A stretch of DNA of 64,000 nt from Perna viridis (Eukaryota), in assembly GCA_037379345.1 (NCBI GenBank), contig CM074523.1, forward strand, positions 30,457,678 through 30,521,677, written 5' to 3'. Position numbers and translations under genes: made by a program. The notes below the pieces were generated by a model. It was not told the origin of the DNA. It searched no databases and saw only the letters and a list, made by a program, of their open reading frames with translations. Below are positions 39,304 to 54,300 of this stretch, piece by piece. The first letter of the stretch is position 1, and every line of letters begins with the position of its first letter.

Positions 39304-42300
39304 CTGTAAAAATATACAAAGGATATATGCATCAAGCGCTGATACAGAGTCAGACGTTCGAAATTCACTCTAGGCGCTGCAGCCAGCTCTCTCAGAAATT
39401 TCAAGAACCTTGAAAAGTCGGGAAAGAGTTTATGAGTTAACGCAACACTATCCGATTGTAAAACGACGTTTGGTTTGAATTATGACCGAGAATTTCGAAA
39501 GGCCTGTCTGCAGCGGACGAAAGACTATCGCTGCGTGGCGCTTGTGGATGTATATTAATAGCATAAATCACGATGCCGTACTCGGTTATGATTGGATAGA
39601 TTTGTGCATGTGACAAATAGAACAAAATACATTTGCATTGTATTGGAGAAAAAAAGAATCTTTTTTTTTTATATCTGAGAGAATAGTAATATCTTAATAA
39701 TATTATTTTCGCATTTCAAATTAGGAACTTATATATTTCTATGCTCTGTCGGTCATAAGGTATCATGCCTCGAAAGTTTACAAAAGTTCAAAACATAAAA
39801 CGCAATCAAAATTCCCTATAAACCATACCGTTATAACAAATAATACAAAGAAAACTGGTTCAACAGCCATTTGTCCTACGTTATCTAGGAAAAATAATTG
39901 AATCGAACTCTTACTGTTAACAACCTCCTCAGTTGGAACTTTTTCTTCATTTATCTGAGTTTTAGCATTCTCAATTTCATCCAGTTTTTGGGAAATTTGT
40001 TGAAACATTGAGTCTTCTCTCGAAATGCTTTTAGTTGGACAGCAGATACATCTGAAATCAAACAGGTAAATTTCAATATACTAGTCTCAGATAGAGTGTT
40101 AGTCGGTGCAGAAAGCCAAATTGGACGATATTAAAGTTTCATTACGATACCAATACAAAACATTTCCTTTCAACTACATTATGGCTTGAATATCAGCTAA
40201 ATTATTCACTTCAGTATTTTTACATAGTCAATAGAGGAAAACATACAAGCAAGTTATCTTAAATTTGAATATTTAAAAAAAAATGTATTTTTGAAGGAAA
40301 AAATCGTACTAAAGATCAAAGGAGGACAAGCAGTGTCGAATTGACCACCAGAAAAACAAGCAATGACGATGCACAACGAAACGACAAACAAAGAGCACAA
40401 TTAGGAAAACAAAGAACAAACCAACGACCAGGGGGAGACTCAAAGGTATCAATTCTACGAATGAATTTGTCATTTTTTTCTTTTTCCCCGAGTATGTAAT
40501 GTTTATATGATATTTCCTTCTTTTCCTATCTTCTTTATTAGTTATCATATGTTTACTCAATACTACAGTACAGGTATGAGGTAAGTTCCCGTTTGACGGT
40601 GTATGGGGTGATTAGGAATAGGATTGTTCTGCTTTTACAGTTGACACGTCAGTATTTTTCCTGATATTAACTGATCACTGCTTTTATCAAGAATAACAAG
40701 GATTTCACAGGGTTGTGAAATATTTTAAGACTATTCACGCTTAGAAAATATTAGTAGAAAAGAATGATGGGTCAGTATCCTCCTCATTTTTGAGATGTAA
40801 GCATTTGAAATTTTGCCGGGAAAAAGATTATTACAAACCCCGAAAAAATATTAAGGATTTTATATAATCTTCCCAAATGACATTTTAAGATATGTTTAAT
40901 GAAAATATAAAGAGAAAAGTGGGGGTAATTTGGCAAAATATTTAATGCTATGAAATGGATAAGTCCGAAAATCCGTCAAAAATGGCTTAAAATTATCAGC
41001 GAACTTCCTGAAATGGGTTTAATTGAGAAATCAGCTTAAAAATAGTAATATGCAAAATCTGCATACTTTACCCAAAAAATGCATCAAATGTTGAACAATT
41101 TAGTAATATTAAATTTGTTATTAACTTTTAAGAAAAATGAAGAGGGTGTTGGAACAATGGTGTATTAGCAGATAAATGGAAAATTAATATCACTAAAAAG
41201 CTATACCTAAAAAACTTTCCAACTGCTAAAGTGTATCCAGTGTCCTTTGTATCTGGCTTTCTTACTTCCTTGTCATTATACTGGTGTTGAACTGGAATGT
41301 CCTCTGTTTTTACTTCTCTGGTTCCCCACGATACGACATGAAGATTTCCGAGAGAGTAAAGCATTAACAACATTGACATAGAAGGGATACAGAGCAGATA
41401 TAGAATACCATGGATGATATTAGGTGCCTCCTATAATCAAAATTTGAAAACACTTAAAATATACAACCAAGCATGCTGTATCGCGGGTCATTTTCGCGAG
41501 GTTGTAATCTTGGCGTATTTAAGCAGTAGTCTTGCATTAAGCCTGATTGACAAGGAATTTCCCTTAAATGTTGTAGACAAAAATGTTTCATCTTTATTCA
41601 AATTCTGAACACTAATTATACTGTTATTTTAGTAGATTTCTAGATGTAAAGCTGTTATATAACTTGAAAAAGAAAACAAGTAAATAAAAGATGGCCGAAG
41701 CAGTATTTTTTGTTGTTGTTCTTTTTATTTATATTCTTTACATTTCATTCAGAAAATTACACATGGCACGCAATTTCAATTTTCGATACAGATTTCGAAC
41801 GCCACTAAGTTATCAGTATTTGGCCAATCGGGAAACTGTATTGCGATCAGAAGACTTGCGTCTCCATGGAAGAGCGTCTTTAAAGTCAAAGGGTAAAAAG
41901 CGAAGGGAAAATATAAATTTGAATAGAATATGGAATTAATGGTCTAATGAACAGAAGTTGAACTACAGCAAATTATTGTTCCATACTTTTTTTCGGTATT
42001 CAAGTTTTACAACTTACAATCTGATCTTGATTCCCCCTCGGTTTTCTGTTATGTCCCTCAGCACATGCAACATAACGGAAAAAACGGGATCGATGCGAGG
42101 TCGGCCATATAGTAGATTAGACAACTCACGGACAATCGAAGTACAATTAAAAACGAATGGTAGTTTTTTTTTTTTTTTTTTTTTTTTTTGTAAATTAAAG
42201 AGACTTTTAAGTTCGGACGGAAGGACTTGCTAACATTTCCTACCATGATTTGTCCGTTACGTAAGATGGATATACAATAAGTGTTCAGATTATAGTAAAA

Positions 42301-45300
42301 GAAATCATGATGTGTAGTGTGTTTACCTTAGGATGAAGTATCGCTGATAAAATAAATATGCCAACAACAAAACACAGAAATGTTGTAGTGGTCGAGCAGA
42401 ATCCGTCCTCAGCCGCTACTTTAAGTATTCCAACTAAGACCAGTATCATAGCAATGGAGTATACAGCCGACAAAATGCCGGCAAATAACAACTGAAAACA
42501 ATTCATATATTTTAGGTATCCGATTGTATTTTTATTTAATGCAACATTGTTTACACGTGATACACTAATATACAAACAAAATACTCGAAATACATGAAGA
42601 TATTGTGATTCGAATGGTACATGATGTTTTTCGATCAATAATTTATTAAACTTGTCTCTCGGTCTATAGTTGTTTTAGCGAGGAAGATTCGAAACCACAT
42701 TACTCTTTTTATTTAGTTTTTTTTCCCAAAACTATTTTGCCAGCGGAGTGATATTTCGTAAATAATTAACCAATTATGAGATCTTCGGATAAAATAGTAT
42801 AGAACAAATCCGCCCTTTCCTACTTATTTTTCACGTCAAAATTTTATCGAATTAGACTGGTTCCTAAAATCTAATGTACCTGTATATGCGTCTTCACAAA
42901 TAAACATGACAGTAAGAAAAGACCAACAGGAATGATGTTTAAAGTAAGAGATAGCCAAGCTGGAATGGACGGGAATGCAGTGATGATCGCTCCGACTATC
43001 ATTAGGAATATTGTCCCAGGAGTCAACAGAGAGGAAATGAAGAAAAACAATTGGTACAACATATACAGCCTGTAAATTAATACAATGAAATCTGTATAAA
43101 CCGAACCCATTTTACACTTTAGATTTGACTTAGTATACCAAGGTTCAAAATACATTCTCTGGTTGATATTAAGGATCTACAAAGGTCTCTGAATTAGATG
43201 GTTATTCAGGATTCGGCAGGTGCGGGATGAAAGTTTTTTTTTATGTCGTTTTGGTGTTTTGTAACACTATGTATTATTTTTTTATATTTCTGTCAAGTGG
43301 CATATGGGTTTAAAATGTATGGTATGACAATATTTCATAAAGCGACAATGAAACTACACCAACAAAGTGACAAATTATAAGCAAAGAGCATGTAAGTGTA
43401 ATAGATTGGGCTCATTCAACTGAAGGGTTCAATCTCTTTCAATAAGTCGCTCTTTACATTATCGATTACGGTGGGGTGGACTTTACCATACTACAGTACA
43501 CTGAAAGGATATTAACGAGGAATTATCATGAAGAATAGAATTCATTAAATAAGACGAAATTTGCAGACTAAAACACAACTATAGGGGAAAAAATCACATG
43601 ATGGTATAACGTGAAACGGACCTAGAAATACTTATATTCTCTTTCACTATTTGTCTCCAGTTCATCAAAAGGTCAAGGATGTTCCCCATTGTAGACGGAG
43701 ACCAACGACGACGTTGGTTATAAAACTCATAAAAACCCTCTGGGGCAAACGTGTACGAATCACTCTCAGCGCAGTACTCTACTCTGTAGCCATCCTTCAG
43801 AAGCAAGGTACACAGCCATCTGTCTTCACCTAAAAGAGTTATCAATAAGGAAACCAGTATTTTAGCGGATTCAAAAGAATGTAATCCAGGGACAAAGACC
43901 AGATATAGAAAACAGACATACACAACAAAGAATATAGAGTAACTAAAATCATACATACAAAGTAACAAAAGCAAATGAGCAACTCGGACTCCGGGAGCAT
44001 GGACTAAAGTTTTCATTAAATTTATAATCGCCATATCGGGAGATGTAAGATTTATTTTATCCTCTACCGGAAGAAGAAAAAAAGAATACAAAATAACCAA
44101 AATAATACGTACAAAGTTACAAAAGTTAATGAACAACTTGGACCCACTAAAAACTGGGAGCATGGACCAGTAGACGAAAGAGGAAAGGGAAACTAGAACA
44201 CGTTGAACAAATCAGTTTTCATGATGCACCGTAACGATCCACGAGATCACGATGACGACCATAAAACTACTGTGGTGATGATTTCAATCTTGTAGCAATA
44301 TAACCCTGTTCCAAAAGTCTAATTGTAAAATGTCTAGCGCGGTATAAAAAGTATACGAGCTGTGACATAACCTATGAGTTGTAATATGAAAACGCCGTAA
44401 GCAGGTGCTGTATTGTTGTTGCAACAGATGAAAGGAAAGTTGACAATACGAAATGAAGTCATCGCAATCGTCGTATAGTTTGGTCAATAGCTTTCCTTTA
44501 CCATCGATCCTAAAGTGTAGGTCAAGGTATGAGGCTAACTTCACATTTTTATCTCAAGTTCTTTAGGGTCGGTGCGTTGTATAAAATCCCCAAGACCTTC
44601 ATTGTTTAACGATTGTACATCATCTATATGGCGAAAACTGAGATAAAAAAAAACAAGTAGCATTCTGACAATGGATAAAGCATCATATTTTTTTCTTAAT
44701 TTGGTCCTATTTTAAGATATATTCAATGCATCCAGAAAACATGATATTAATTTACTGATTATATAGGGGAAATCAAAGTACAATTTTCTGCCATTTTATT
44801 AGGAAGTATTTTAACCATATTTGACCTTTGATGTTGTTTTTGGAGATCATGAAATGTCATTACATAAATTCTTATATAATGTAATTAAATTTCTGCGCTT
44901 TTATAAATCTATGTACCACACGTTATACACATTTTGCTTGGTTCGCATCATTATTCATTTAATGTCCTGTAACGCTCATTTGTCTGATAAAGGTGTCCGC
45001 TTATAGTATATTTTGTCCAGTGTCGATTGTCATATATTTAATTTTGTTTAGAAGCAATGTTTCAAATTTAACTTTGGGGTTTAGAGTAATTCATGCCAAT
45101 ATAATACTTCTTTTTCTTTTTGTATTTGCTTATTTCAAACATACAAGAATACATATTGGGGTACAGCTATGATTTTTTAAGAGGCTGTCCATGTAAAAAT
45201 CAGACAGATCGTATGATATTAGTAACCCAGGGTAAATTTTATTACACTGAATTTTTTGTCCCAATGTAGTGTTTATATCATATGTATGTCAAACAACACA

Positions 45301-48300
45301 ATGATTTCTTTAAATCGACACTGAATTACTTAGAAAATGGTTTTAAAGTTCCCTAAGAAAGCAACCTTTTTTCACAAAATGAAAAGTGATCTCCCTTTGT
45401 AAATAAATCAAGATACTTTCTATATAATTTATTCCTCTTTAACCGTTGCAGTTAATCAAAAACCAACATTCGACTTTAAGAAGGATGTATATGAGATATG
45501 AAATGGGTTATTTTTTTAAACACAATTTGTAATGTGCCATCCACTGCCTGTTTTTTTGGTTAGACACCATATTAAATAAAAAACGTTTTTTGTACAGTCA
45601 GATTAATTACAGTTTCAACCAACTGTATGTCTCCCAATGTGAGCCAGTTATGCTCCTCTACATGCTGGTCTTTTTCTACTTCCAGTGAGGCAGTCCATAA
45701 AAACAAGGTTAAATATGATATTTTCTCTACATGTTGGTCTTTTTCTACCTCCAGTGAGGCAGTCCATAAAAACAAGGTTAAGTATGATATTTTCTCTACA
45801 TGCTGGTCTTTTTCTACCTCCAGTGAGGTAGACCATCAAAACAAGGTTAAATATGATATTTTTGCAGAAGCTGTTTTTTAGGTATGAGTATCGCTTTAGA
45901 TTTATTTCCAAGATTCAAGGATTCAAAGAAAGAAAAGTAACTTTGATGTGTTTTGCCTAGACTTGTTCACATGTCAGTGGACTCCATAAATATCTAGTTA
46001 ATCTCACCTTGATCGTACTGTATGAAGTGTCTTGCAGCTGTTGCTTTTGTTGTGTACGTTTTAAGAACACCAATTAATGCTGAGCCCCGAAAAAGACTGA
46101 AACATCCGGGGCTACACAGGACACATCCGGTCACGTGCTCCGTTGCTTTCTGCAGCCAATGACTGATAGCGTATTCAAATTTCTGATACCATACCATCGG
46201 TCCTTTAACAAATTTTATGTTTAACTGTAGTAAAACTCATGTATAATTTTTTTTGATTATTTTTAGAAATTGTTTGTAAAATTTGGATTTATAAATTCCG
46301 AAATGTCATCTTTTTTTCTATACGCAAAGAATTTTCTAAAATACGCAAATTCATCCACCGTAATGAAGTTCAGAGAGAGCTTTCTAATGTTCTTAATTTG
46401 CCTTTTTTTCAATTTAACTTATAGAGTGTTCATCTAACGTTTCAAAATTTTAGGGACTAAAATTAAACTCTAAAGCATGCATAAATTAAAGATGAATGGA
46501 AGGTTGATGCCATTGTCTGTTACCTTTTTCATGCACCGTGTTTTTTTATCATTAAACACAATGTAATTACTATTACATCTAATTACCATTCCCGATTGGA
46601 TGGATTCTTCCGCATGCAGCTCCTACACATGGATTTTTCTTCATACGCCTGACAAGATGCATCACTGCTTCCGGTTTGAAATCCACGTCGCCATCAAGTG
46701 CCAATAAGTATGTACTGCTAGCTTTGTCAATCGCCCCGCTGATGTTATGTTCGATTTCCTTGAGGTTGTATCCAAGAAAATAGTACATGTACATTACCTA
46801 AAGGAGAAGTTCAATCTTTTTTTATTCGAAAATTCCGATCCGATGGTTGGATCGTTGTCGGGATTGTGCACTATATTGGAAAGAATGTTTTATCAATGAG
46901 AACTTTTGTAAATTTGGTAAGTCATCAAAAATTTATTTCAGTTTTAAGTAAGAAACCTTTTAATGTTAGTTTTTTTTAGAATCAGCCTAAATGGGAAATA
47001 TACGAAGCATGCAACCATGCAAAACTTATCGATATAACATTGCCAATATAGTTTCAGTCAAGTACGCTTCTTTTTTTTTTTTTTTTTTGCAAATAGTCAA
47101 ATTAAACTTTCAAAATGATTCTTCCCTGATATTTACACAGACTTACACTTAAATATGAAAAAAAGACTTCAGGTTCTTACTGTTTATTATGCTATTGTTA
47201 CGTCGTTACTTTTGAAAGTAAAACATCGACCATTATGGATTAGTCGACAATTTATGACCACGTTAGAATCAGTTTACTTGCTAATTCTACACTCTGGAAT
47301 ACCAAATAGGTTGTCTTACAAAAAGACTGGTTGAATATGTCTTCATATTGTACTATACTACTTGGCTGTTTTTACCTGGCTCCACCTTTTTCTATGTCTG
47401 ATCTTTGATTTGTCTTTCAGATGAACAACCAATGAGTTTCCTCCTAACATCTCCAATTTGAGGCGACCTCCATATGGAGTTTTCATTACTTCGCATTTCC
47501 CTAGTTCAACTGCCATGCAATGGATTGCACTAAAATATTTTACATTTATACTATATTTATTCTTTTAAGTTATTCATAATTCGTGTGTATGTTTAGTGGT
47601 TTCACATTCGTGGGTGCAAAACTATCATGCAAGAAACATATGATTTTTGCATATTTAAATGCTGGGGGACAGAGTCATCAAACAGATATCTTCGCTAATT
47701 GAACTAATGGTATTAAAATAATATGTGTAAGGTCGCAACTGAATCATGACTTTAAATGTCCACTGTTAAGAACACTACGGTCGATTAACATACAATCATC
47801 AACGTAAAATTAATCGTAAGGAAAGACGCTATAACTGACAATTAAGCAATTTTACACCTACGACTGTAAAATCGACTACATCAACTCGAAATTAAAACCC
47901 ATGAGTATTTTACTTTAATGGTTCGGTTCATGACATCGTCGGTGTCTGATAAAACTAATTATGACCGATATCTAACCCCTGATTCATGTCCGGTTAATGA
48001 CAGCATCAGTGTCTGGTAAAAGTAATTATGACCGATATCTAACCCCTGACACATGTTCGATTACTTTATCATTCAAGGGAACCAATATTTTGCAGAAATC
48101 CAAAGAATGTAATCCAGGGACAAAGACTAGACATGGCAAATAGACACACACAAAAAAAATACAAAATATTCAAAATAATACATACAAAGTAACAATAGTA
48201 AATGAGCAACTCGGTCTCCACAAAAAACTTGGAGCATGGACCAGTTGCACCTGTAGGGTAAGCATCCTCTGCTTTTATAGAAACACCACCGAGTTGCCCA

Positions 48301-51300
48301 TGAAAAGTCAAGCCCGGGTTAGACGAAAGAGGAATAGAAAACTATGACACGTTGAACAAATCAGTTTTCATGGTACCGATAGATATGCCGTAACGACCCA
48401 AGAGTTCATGATGACGACCATAAATTTCTGTAGTGATGGCTTCATCTTGTAGCAACATAACCCTGTTCCAGAAACCTAATTGTAAGAAGTCTAGCGCAAA
48501 ACAAAAAGTCTGTGTTGTTAAGGCAAGCTCTGGCATAACGTATGAATTGTGATATGAAAACTCAATACGCAGGTGCTAAAGGAATATTGCAACAGATGAA
48601 AGGAAAGTTGTTGACAATTATGAATAATCACGTTTGTCGAAAAGTTTGGTCAATAGAACAGAATGAAGAATGAAAACAACAAAGCAAACATTGTCTTATT
48701 TGTTACCTGTTTCTCAAGACGGTCTGTCAGAAACATCAAAAACGAATAACTAAAGACGTTCCTATAGTCGCCGTTTGGACTGCAGAACTTTTTTTATACA
48801 TGCTTTAATTTTGTGTTAGGGTTATACACGGTGAATATTTTGAGATTCTAATATGACGTGCTCTTTAGACCGCAATCGTTCTAAGAAAGTGATGAACATA
48901 TTAAATACGTCATAGACTCTATCTTTTAAACAATATGAAGAAACTAGTCCAATTAGAATCGAAATAAATCACGGAAACTCCATTTTATCATTATTTTTAC
49001 CACAGTCTGGCCGTTATGTTACCCTTCGCTTATCACCTGCTTATCACTTGAAGTAAAACAGTGAAAAAAATGGAGTTTCCGGGGTTTATTTTTTTTTGTT
49101 ACCTGGCTGCTTTATTAATGACACCGATGAGTGTTTTAACGTAATTATTGACATCTGCACCTTCTTTTCCAGCTTCGAACGCGTCATCAAAGAAAATATG
49201 TGCTGGAAACAAAATTCTTTATTAGCATCAAATATAAAAAATAATGTGTCTACCATTAGCTACTCTTTCATTTAGCATGCCTGTTTTTCGGAAGTATATT
49301 ACAACGTGTTCATTACCTCAGGTGATAGCCATGGTTGCAAATAAAATGTTTTACAGGTCCGTGTTAAGAAATAGAATTAATAATTAGTATGAAACACATG
49401 CAGAAGTTCCACGCATACGAATCATATAGTTGGTAATGTATGATAATCTCATAAAACGAGCATGATATGAAAAAACATTTACATTCAATTATCGCATATT
49501 AATCACAAGTTTAATTTTTTCACAGCCTATTATCAAATGTATCATAGCAAAAAAAAAACAAACCTGGAGGACTGTTATAATTCCAGACTTTATACATATT
49601 CGCGTAAAATAAAAAGTGGGGATCGATTCAAAAATGTTTAATATCTTGGTGTTCGCTTTACCATATGCATTGCCTATTTAAAATTGAAACGGATATTTCA
49701 TTCATGTCAAAGTGAGCTCAATAGTAATGAATACATTTTGTCAGTGATTAGTGATTTGTTACTAATATCACTGTTTAAACATGATTGTATGTGCTAACAA
49801 TTATATTGATAGTCTCTTAGGTTAAAGCTTTCAGATATGATGATTGATTATGCTACGGTTACCCCATCATGGAACTAGGACTTGTCAAAAAGTGTGGTTT
49901 GTTGATTCAGACTATCAATAAAGAAACTATTCAGTGAAATATTCTTACAATGATTAAGATATCTATATTGTTGTTTAAAACGTCAGATTATATCTTAGAA
50001 CTTCTACAATTTGGTTATACAGTCCTTGAACCGATCCGCACAACGGTTTGATGGGTCGATGACCGTTGACTGATTGGTCGTTGACCGGTTGATAACCGAT
50101 GACCGGTGACCGATCTGATCGCAGTTTTGTTATGTAAAATGAAAGATGATCTGTTAAAAATAAAACAAATGTAAAATAAAAGTAAAAATTGACGTTTAAA
50201 TTGATTGCATTATATAAATATGATTAAAATTGACAAAGAGAACACCGGAAACCGTAAAATAAATTGACCGCTCTGTGTTCACTTGATGTGATCAACGGTT
50301 TAATACATCGGTTTGACGGATCGATGACTGATCGGAAACTGATTGGTCATCGATGACCTATCACAATTTTTGTTGCACGGATCGGTAAAGGTACTGTAAA
50401 ATTGAATGATATAAAAGTCAAGGAACTATACATTCCTAAAAAACACTCATTTCAATTAAAGACCTATTGTTATTAAAACAATTTAATTGAAAACAACTAA
50501 AAGTTCTTTGTCAGCAAAAACGACTTACATATTTTTTATTATTATTGACTTAATATGAAAATAGTTATAATTTCCTTGGAAACCAATAATTCTTAAGTGT
50601 TAGGTTAGAATTATTGAAGCGGTATGGGGTATAAGTGTGTCAATCAGTCATTATAGTAACTTCTTGGAATCCATAGTGGCTATCAAAATAATGATAGCAA
50701 ATCATAAACACATTAAAGCAGTGATATTTAATACCAAAAATAATAATAATACAATATACTGGTTAAATGAGTGATAACTTGCACTTCCTCTTTTCAATAT
50801 TTTGTCGACTTTGGGATATCAAGGCAGAGTAGTTAGCATCTATGCTTAACAGTATGACTGAAACATAACTATCGTCATAATAAATGCCAAAAAACATTGT
50901 GTATAGTTTATGTATGATACAAATGACCATTTTCCTCAAACTGGGGCAGATTTTAGTCTTCTTTGAAATACGGTATTTGAAAACAGAAATAGCCCATTAC
51001 AAAAAATATGAAATCCACAAATTCCCCTTTTTTGAAAGGTCATTGTTGCCAACATGCAAATTATAAAATAAGCGCCTGAAATGAGCAGAATACATCAAAA
51101 ATAAAAACCATATTATCTATAACGTCTTTTCAAAATCGTTTATATGCTAAACATTAGCATTTAGAGTTGGTTCATATTGAGGAATTTTTTTTAGATGGGT
51201 TGCCAAATTTTCACCTAATTAGACTTGAAAAAGTTCATGTATTTATTACATGGGCTTATTCCATTCGAAAGCTTGTATAGTTGTATACAAAAAATCTTGT

Positions 51301-54300
51301 TTTGTCTCGTATGAAGAAAAAAATGGCAATAACGGGTGATGTAAAAGAAGATCAAAAATGTTGAAAATTCCCTTCATTACCATTTTATAAAATGGTAATA
51401 TCACCAAAAAAATGCGGTAACATGTAGGGTTATGGAATAAAATGAAAAATACATGATGAAACCTATATATATTTAGTGTCTTTACATGTGATGTCCAAGG
51501 ATGACTTAAACGCTTGAAAAATTGAGTCACAGGAATCTTTGTTTCGATAATGGGAGGTATAAAGGTTCCTGAAAATCACCATGAAGTTGAGGATGCTTCA
51601 TGGACCCTTCCATTCCATTGACTACAAGGCTTACACCCCTTTTATTGTAAATATGTATACCTTCAAAGTCATAATCGATGGCATCCTTTTCTTGGGACTC
51701 CACCCTTGTTCTTAATGTTTTCAAAGCGTGTTGATGTTTATCCATGCTATATAATAGTATATGAAATACTCAAATAACATATTTTACTTATTCATATATA
51801 ATAAGATAATATATGATCATATTCTACCGTAAACACTAAAATGGTGTTCTTGTTGATATAAAAGTCTCTATAAAATTCTATTTCGATAAGATATTACATG
51901 ACATGAAACATTATATGTCAAGACTCAAAACTATCAATACTATAAACTCCAATAATACTGTCGTTTCTTAAATGTTCCATGTATTGTTTATTCTATGGAT
52001 TTTCTCTAAGTATTTAACTCCAGTATTGCCGCTTCTTTTTGTAATGTTTTGGAAAGAAGAAGCTGTACTATTATGTTTTGTTTACTTATTTCTTCTTTGC
52101 TTTTACCTTAATTTCCCAGCTTGAGCAGTGCGATGCCAAATATCTGAATTTCTTCAATTTCGTATTTACTGTAGTGTAGAAACGAAGTCATTTATTTCCT
52201 AAGATAATCTAAGTTTGATTTATATGTTATACCTTCGCAATTCAAATAACTAACCGGAAAAGTGATTTCAGCAATTGTGTCATTTCCTTTTCTGTTTCGT
52301 GCCACATGGTTGCGCATGCGTAGATAATTGGTACCGGTTGTTGAGGTTGAGCTGCATCGTCGCTTTGATTTATATCCTCTCGGCCCTGGAAGTATATATA
52401 AATGTAAAAAATGACTAAAAAAATGGAAGCTCATTTATAAAAGTTATAAAAATCAACAAAAATAGAGTTCAAGTATTTTCTAGAGAATTAATCTGATTTG
52501 AAACATGCTTTCTGATAAATTGGTTCTCTTTGACCACAACAAGTTATTATGTGTAACTTCCTTTGGCGTTATGATGTCATAAAACGTCTTACCGCACTCT
52601 GCTACCAAATAATCCCACACCAAAAAATATAAATTATCGGAAAATGGCACGGAAAAACGTCAATATTTGAATTAGAATCCATTAGAAATTAGATTAGAAG
52701 GAATGTTTCCAATTTTTGAACATGTTTAATGACATTATCTTGTTTGCGGTAGTAAACACTTATTAACCGCGAAGTGTTCTATAAAATAGTGTTTATTTAT
52801 TCACTTGTGTTATGATCAAGGGTTAGATCGCATCATTTTTATTTAATCGTGATATCACTGGGTTTATTATACAGTGGTCTCATTTTACTATATCGTGACA
52901 TTCCACTTTTTATATTATGCCGTAATTTAAGCGTTGATTATATCATAATCTCACAATTTTATTATATAAGAGCTCACCATCTTGACTAGATTATGAATTC
53001 ACAAATCTTGATTATAAAGTGATCTTAACTTGTAAAGTGGATGGTAAAAAGTGATGGGGTGTCCATCCTACTTTCCTTTACACAGGGGGACCATCTATTA
53101 TCTGTTACTCTATGATACTTATGGTATGTTCCAATGTGCACCCGTTGTTTAGGATTCCGATCCAAAAAATAATTTTGTGGTTTCACCAAGCAAAACATAG
53201 ACTTTGTCAATTATGAATATAGATACATGGAGGAGGCATCTCTCACCAGCTACTGCTCTTACACAACTTAATGGAATAAGATGAAATTTTCACAGAATCT
53301 TTACGACATGTTCCATTGTACACTTTGTATTTTAGATTTCGACCCGAATTAATTTTGAGACTTACATAACAAACTATGCACTTGGCAATTTGTGATTATG
53401 GGAACATGAGGGCCACCTCTCACCCGTTATATATCCTCTACCACCTCTAATTACATCAATATGAACTTGGGGAGTGGTGTATCAAGTTTGTCAGCATTAC
53501 TCACAGTACCTCCTTAATTAGACCATGACCTCACCGTTGATTATATCATGATACCACGGAAACACAAGAACGATTAAACAAACGAATGTGCGGTCATCGT
53601 TCGGGAACAAAATCCCGACAGTTTATCAACATTTTAATCAACAAGATCTTTCAACCCTCTTTATTAAAGTTGGTATTCTTGAACAAAATTACCATCCAAC
53701 AGACAGTCCCATCCTAAATAAAAAAAAAACTATCATAGGGAAAGAGAGGAATACTGGATACGCGGACTAGGTACTGCAATACCTTACTGGTGCAATGACA
53801 AGATTAAAAGTATAGGAAACCTTTCAAGCCTATATAACAATACCATAAATGTGATGAATTCATTAGACAAAAATTCAAGACGGAAAAGGAATGTCAATCA
53901 CCAATATACGTCACCTAAGATACATGGTATCTCCATGGATGGTATTCTTCCTTTCATATAAAAACCACTTGAACTTCATCACATTCAAACTAAACTCTTT
54001 TCTATACCTCTCACTCTATTTCACTCCCTTTACAAAACAAATCTTGAGACTCCTGTTTCTGAACCTACCCTATCATCATACAGACTGGTAGCCATCATTT
54101 TGGATACTGGTTTCCACAGACTCTTTAAACCAGTTTTTGAAAAGGGTCAAGAAGAAGAAAAACGATCATTTCTTCCACTACTGTTTGTCAACAAAGGTAT
54201 AGATGCAATTAATTTGGCTAACATCCTCCATCACAAAAACATTACCAACAATATTCGCTCATATTCAATGGAAAAATCCATATCAATTATTACATATTCC

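Noticed and set aside
43594-44163. 189-aa ORF as a stand-alone fusion gene
   Set aside because: Read-through of retroelement UTR into a chitin synthase exon; the real exon is 43622-43829.
52192-52434. 80-aa ORF as given in the track
   Set aside because: Wrong frame; the CATMWHE exon is in another frame at 52255-52385.
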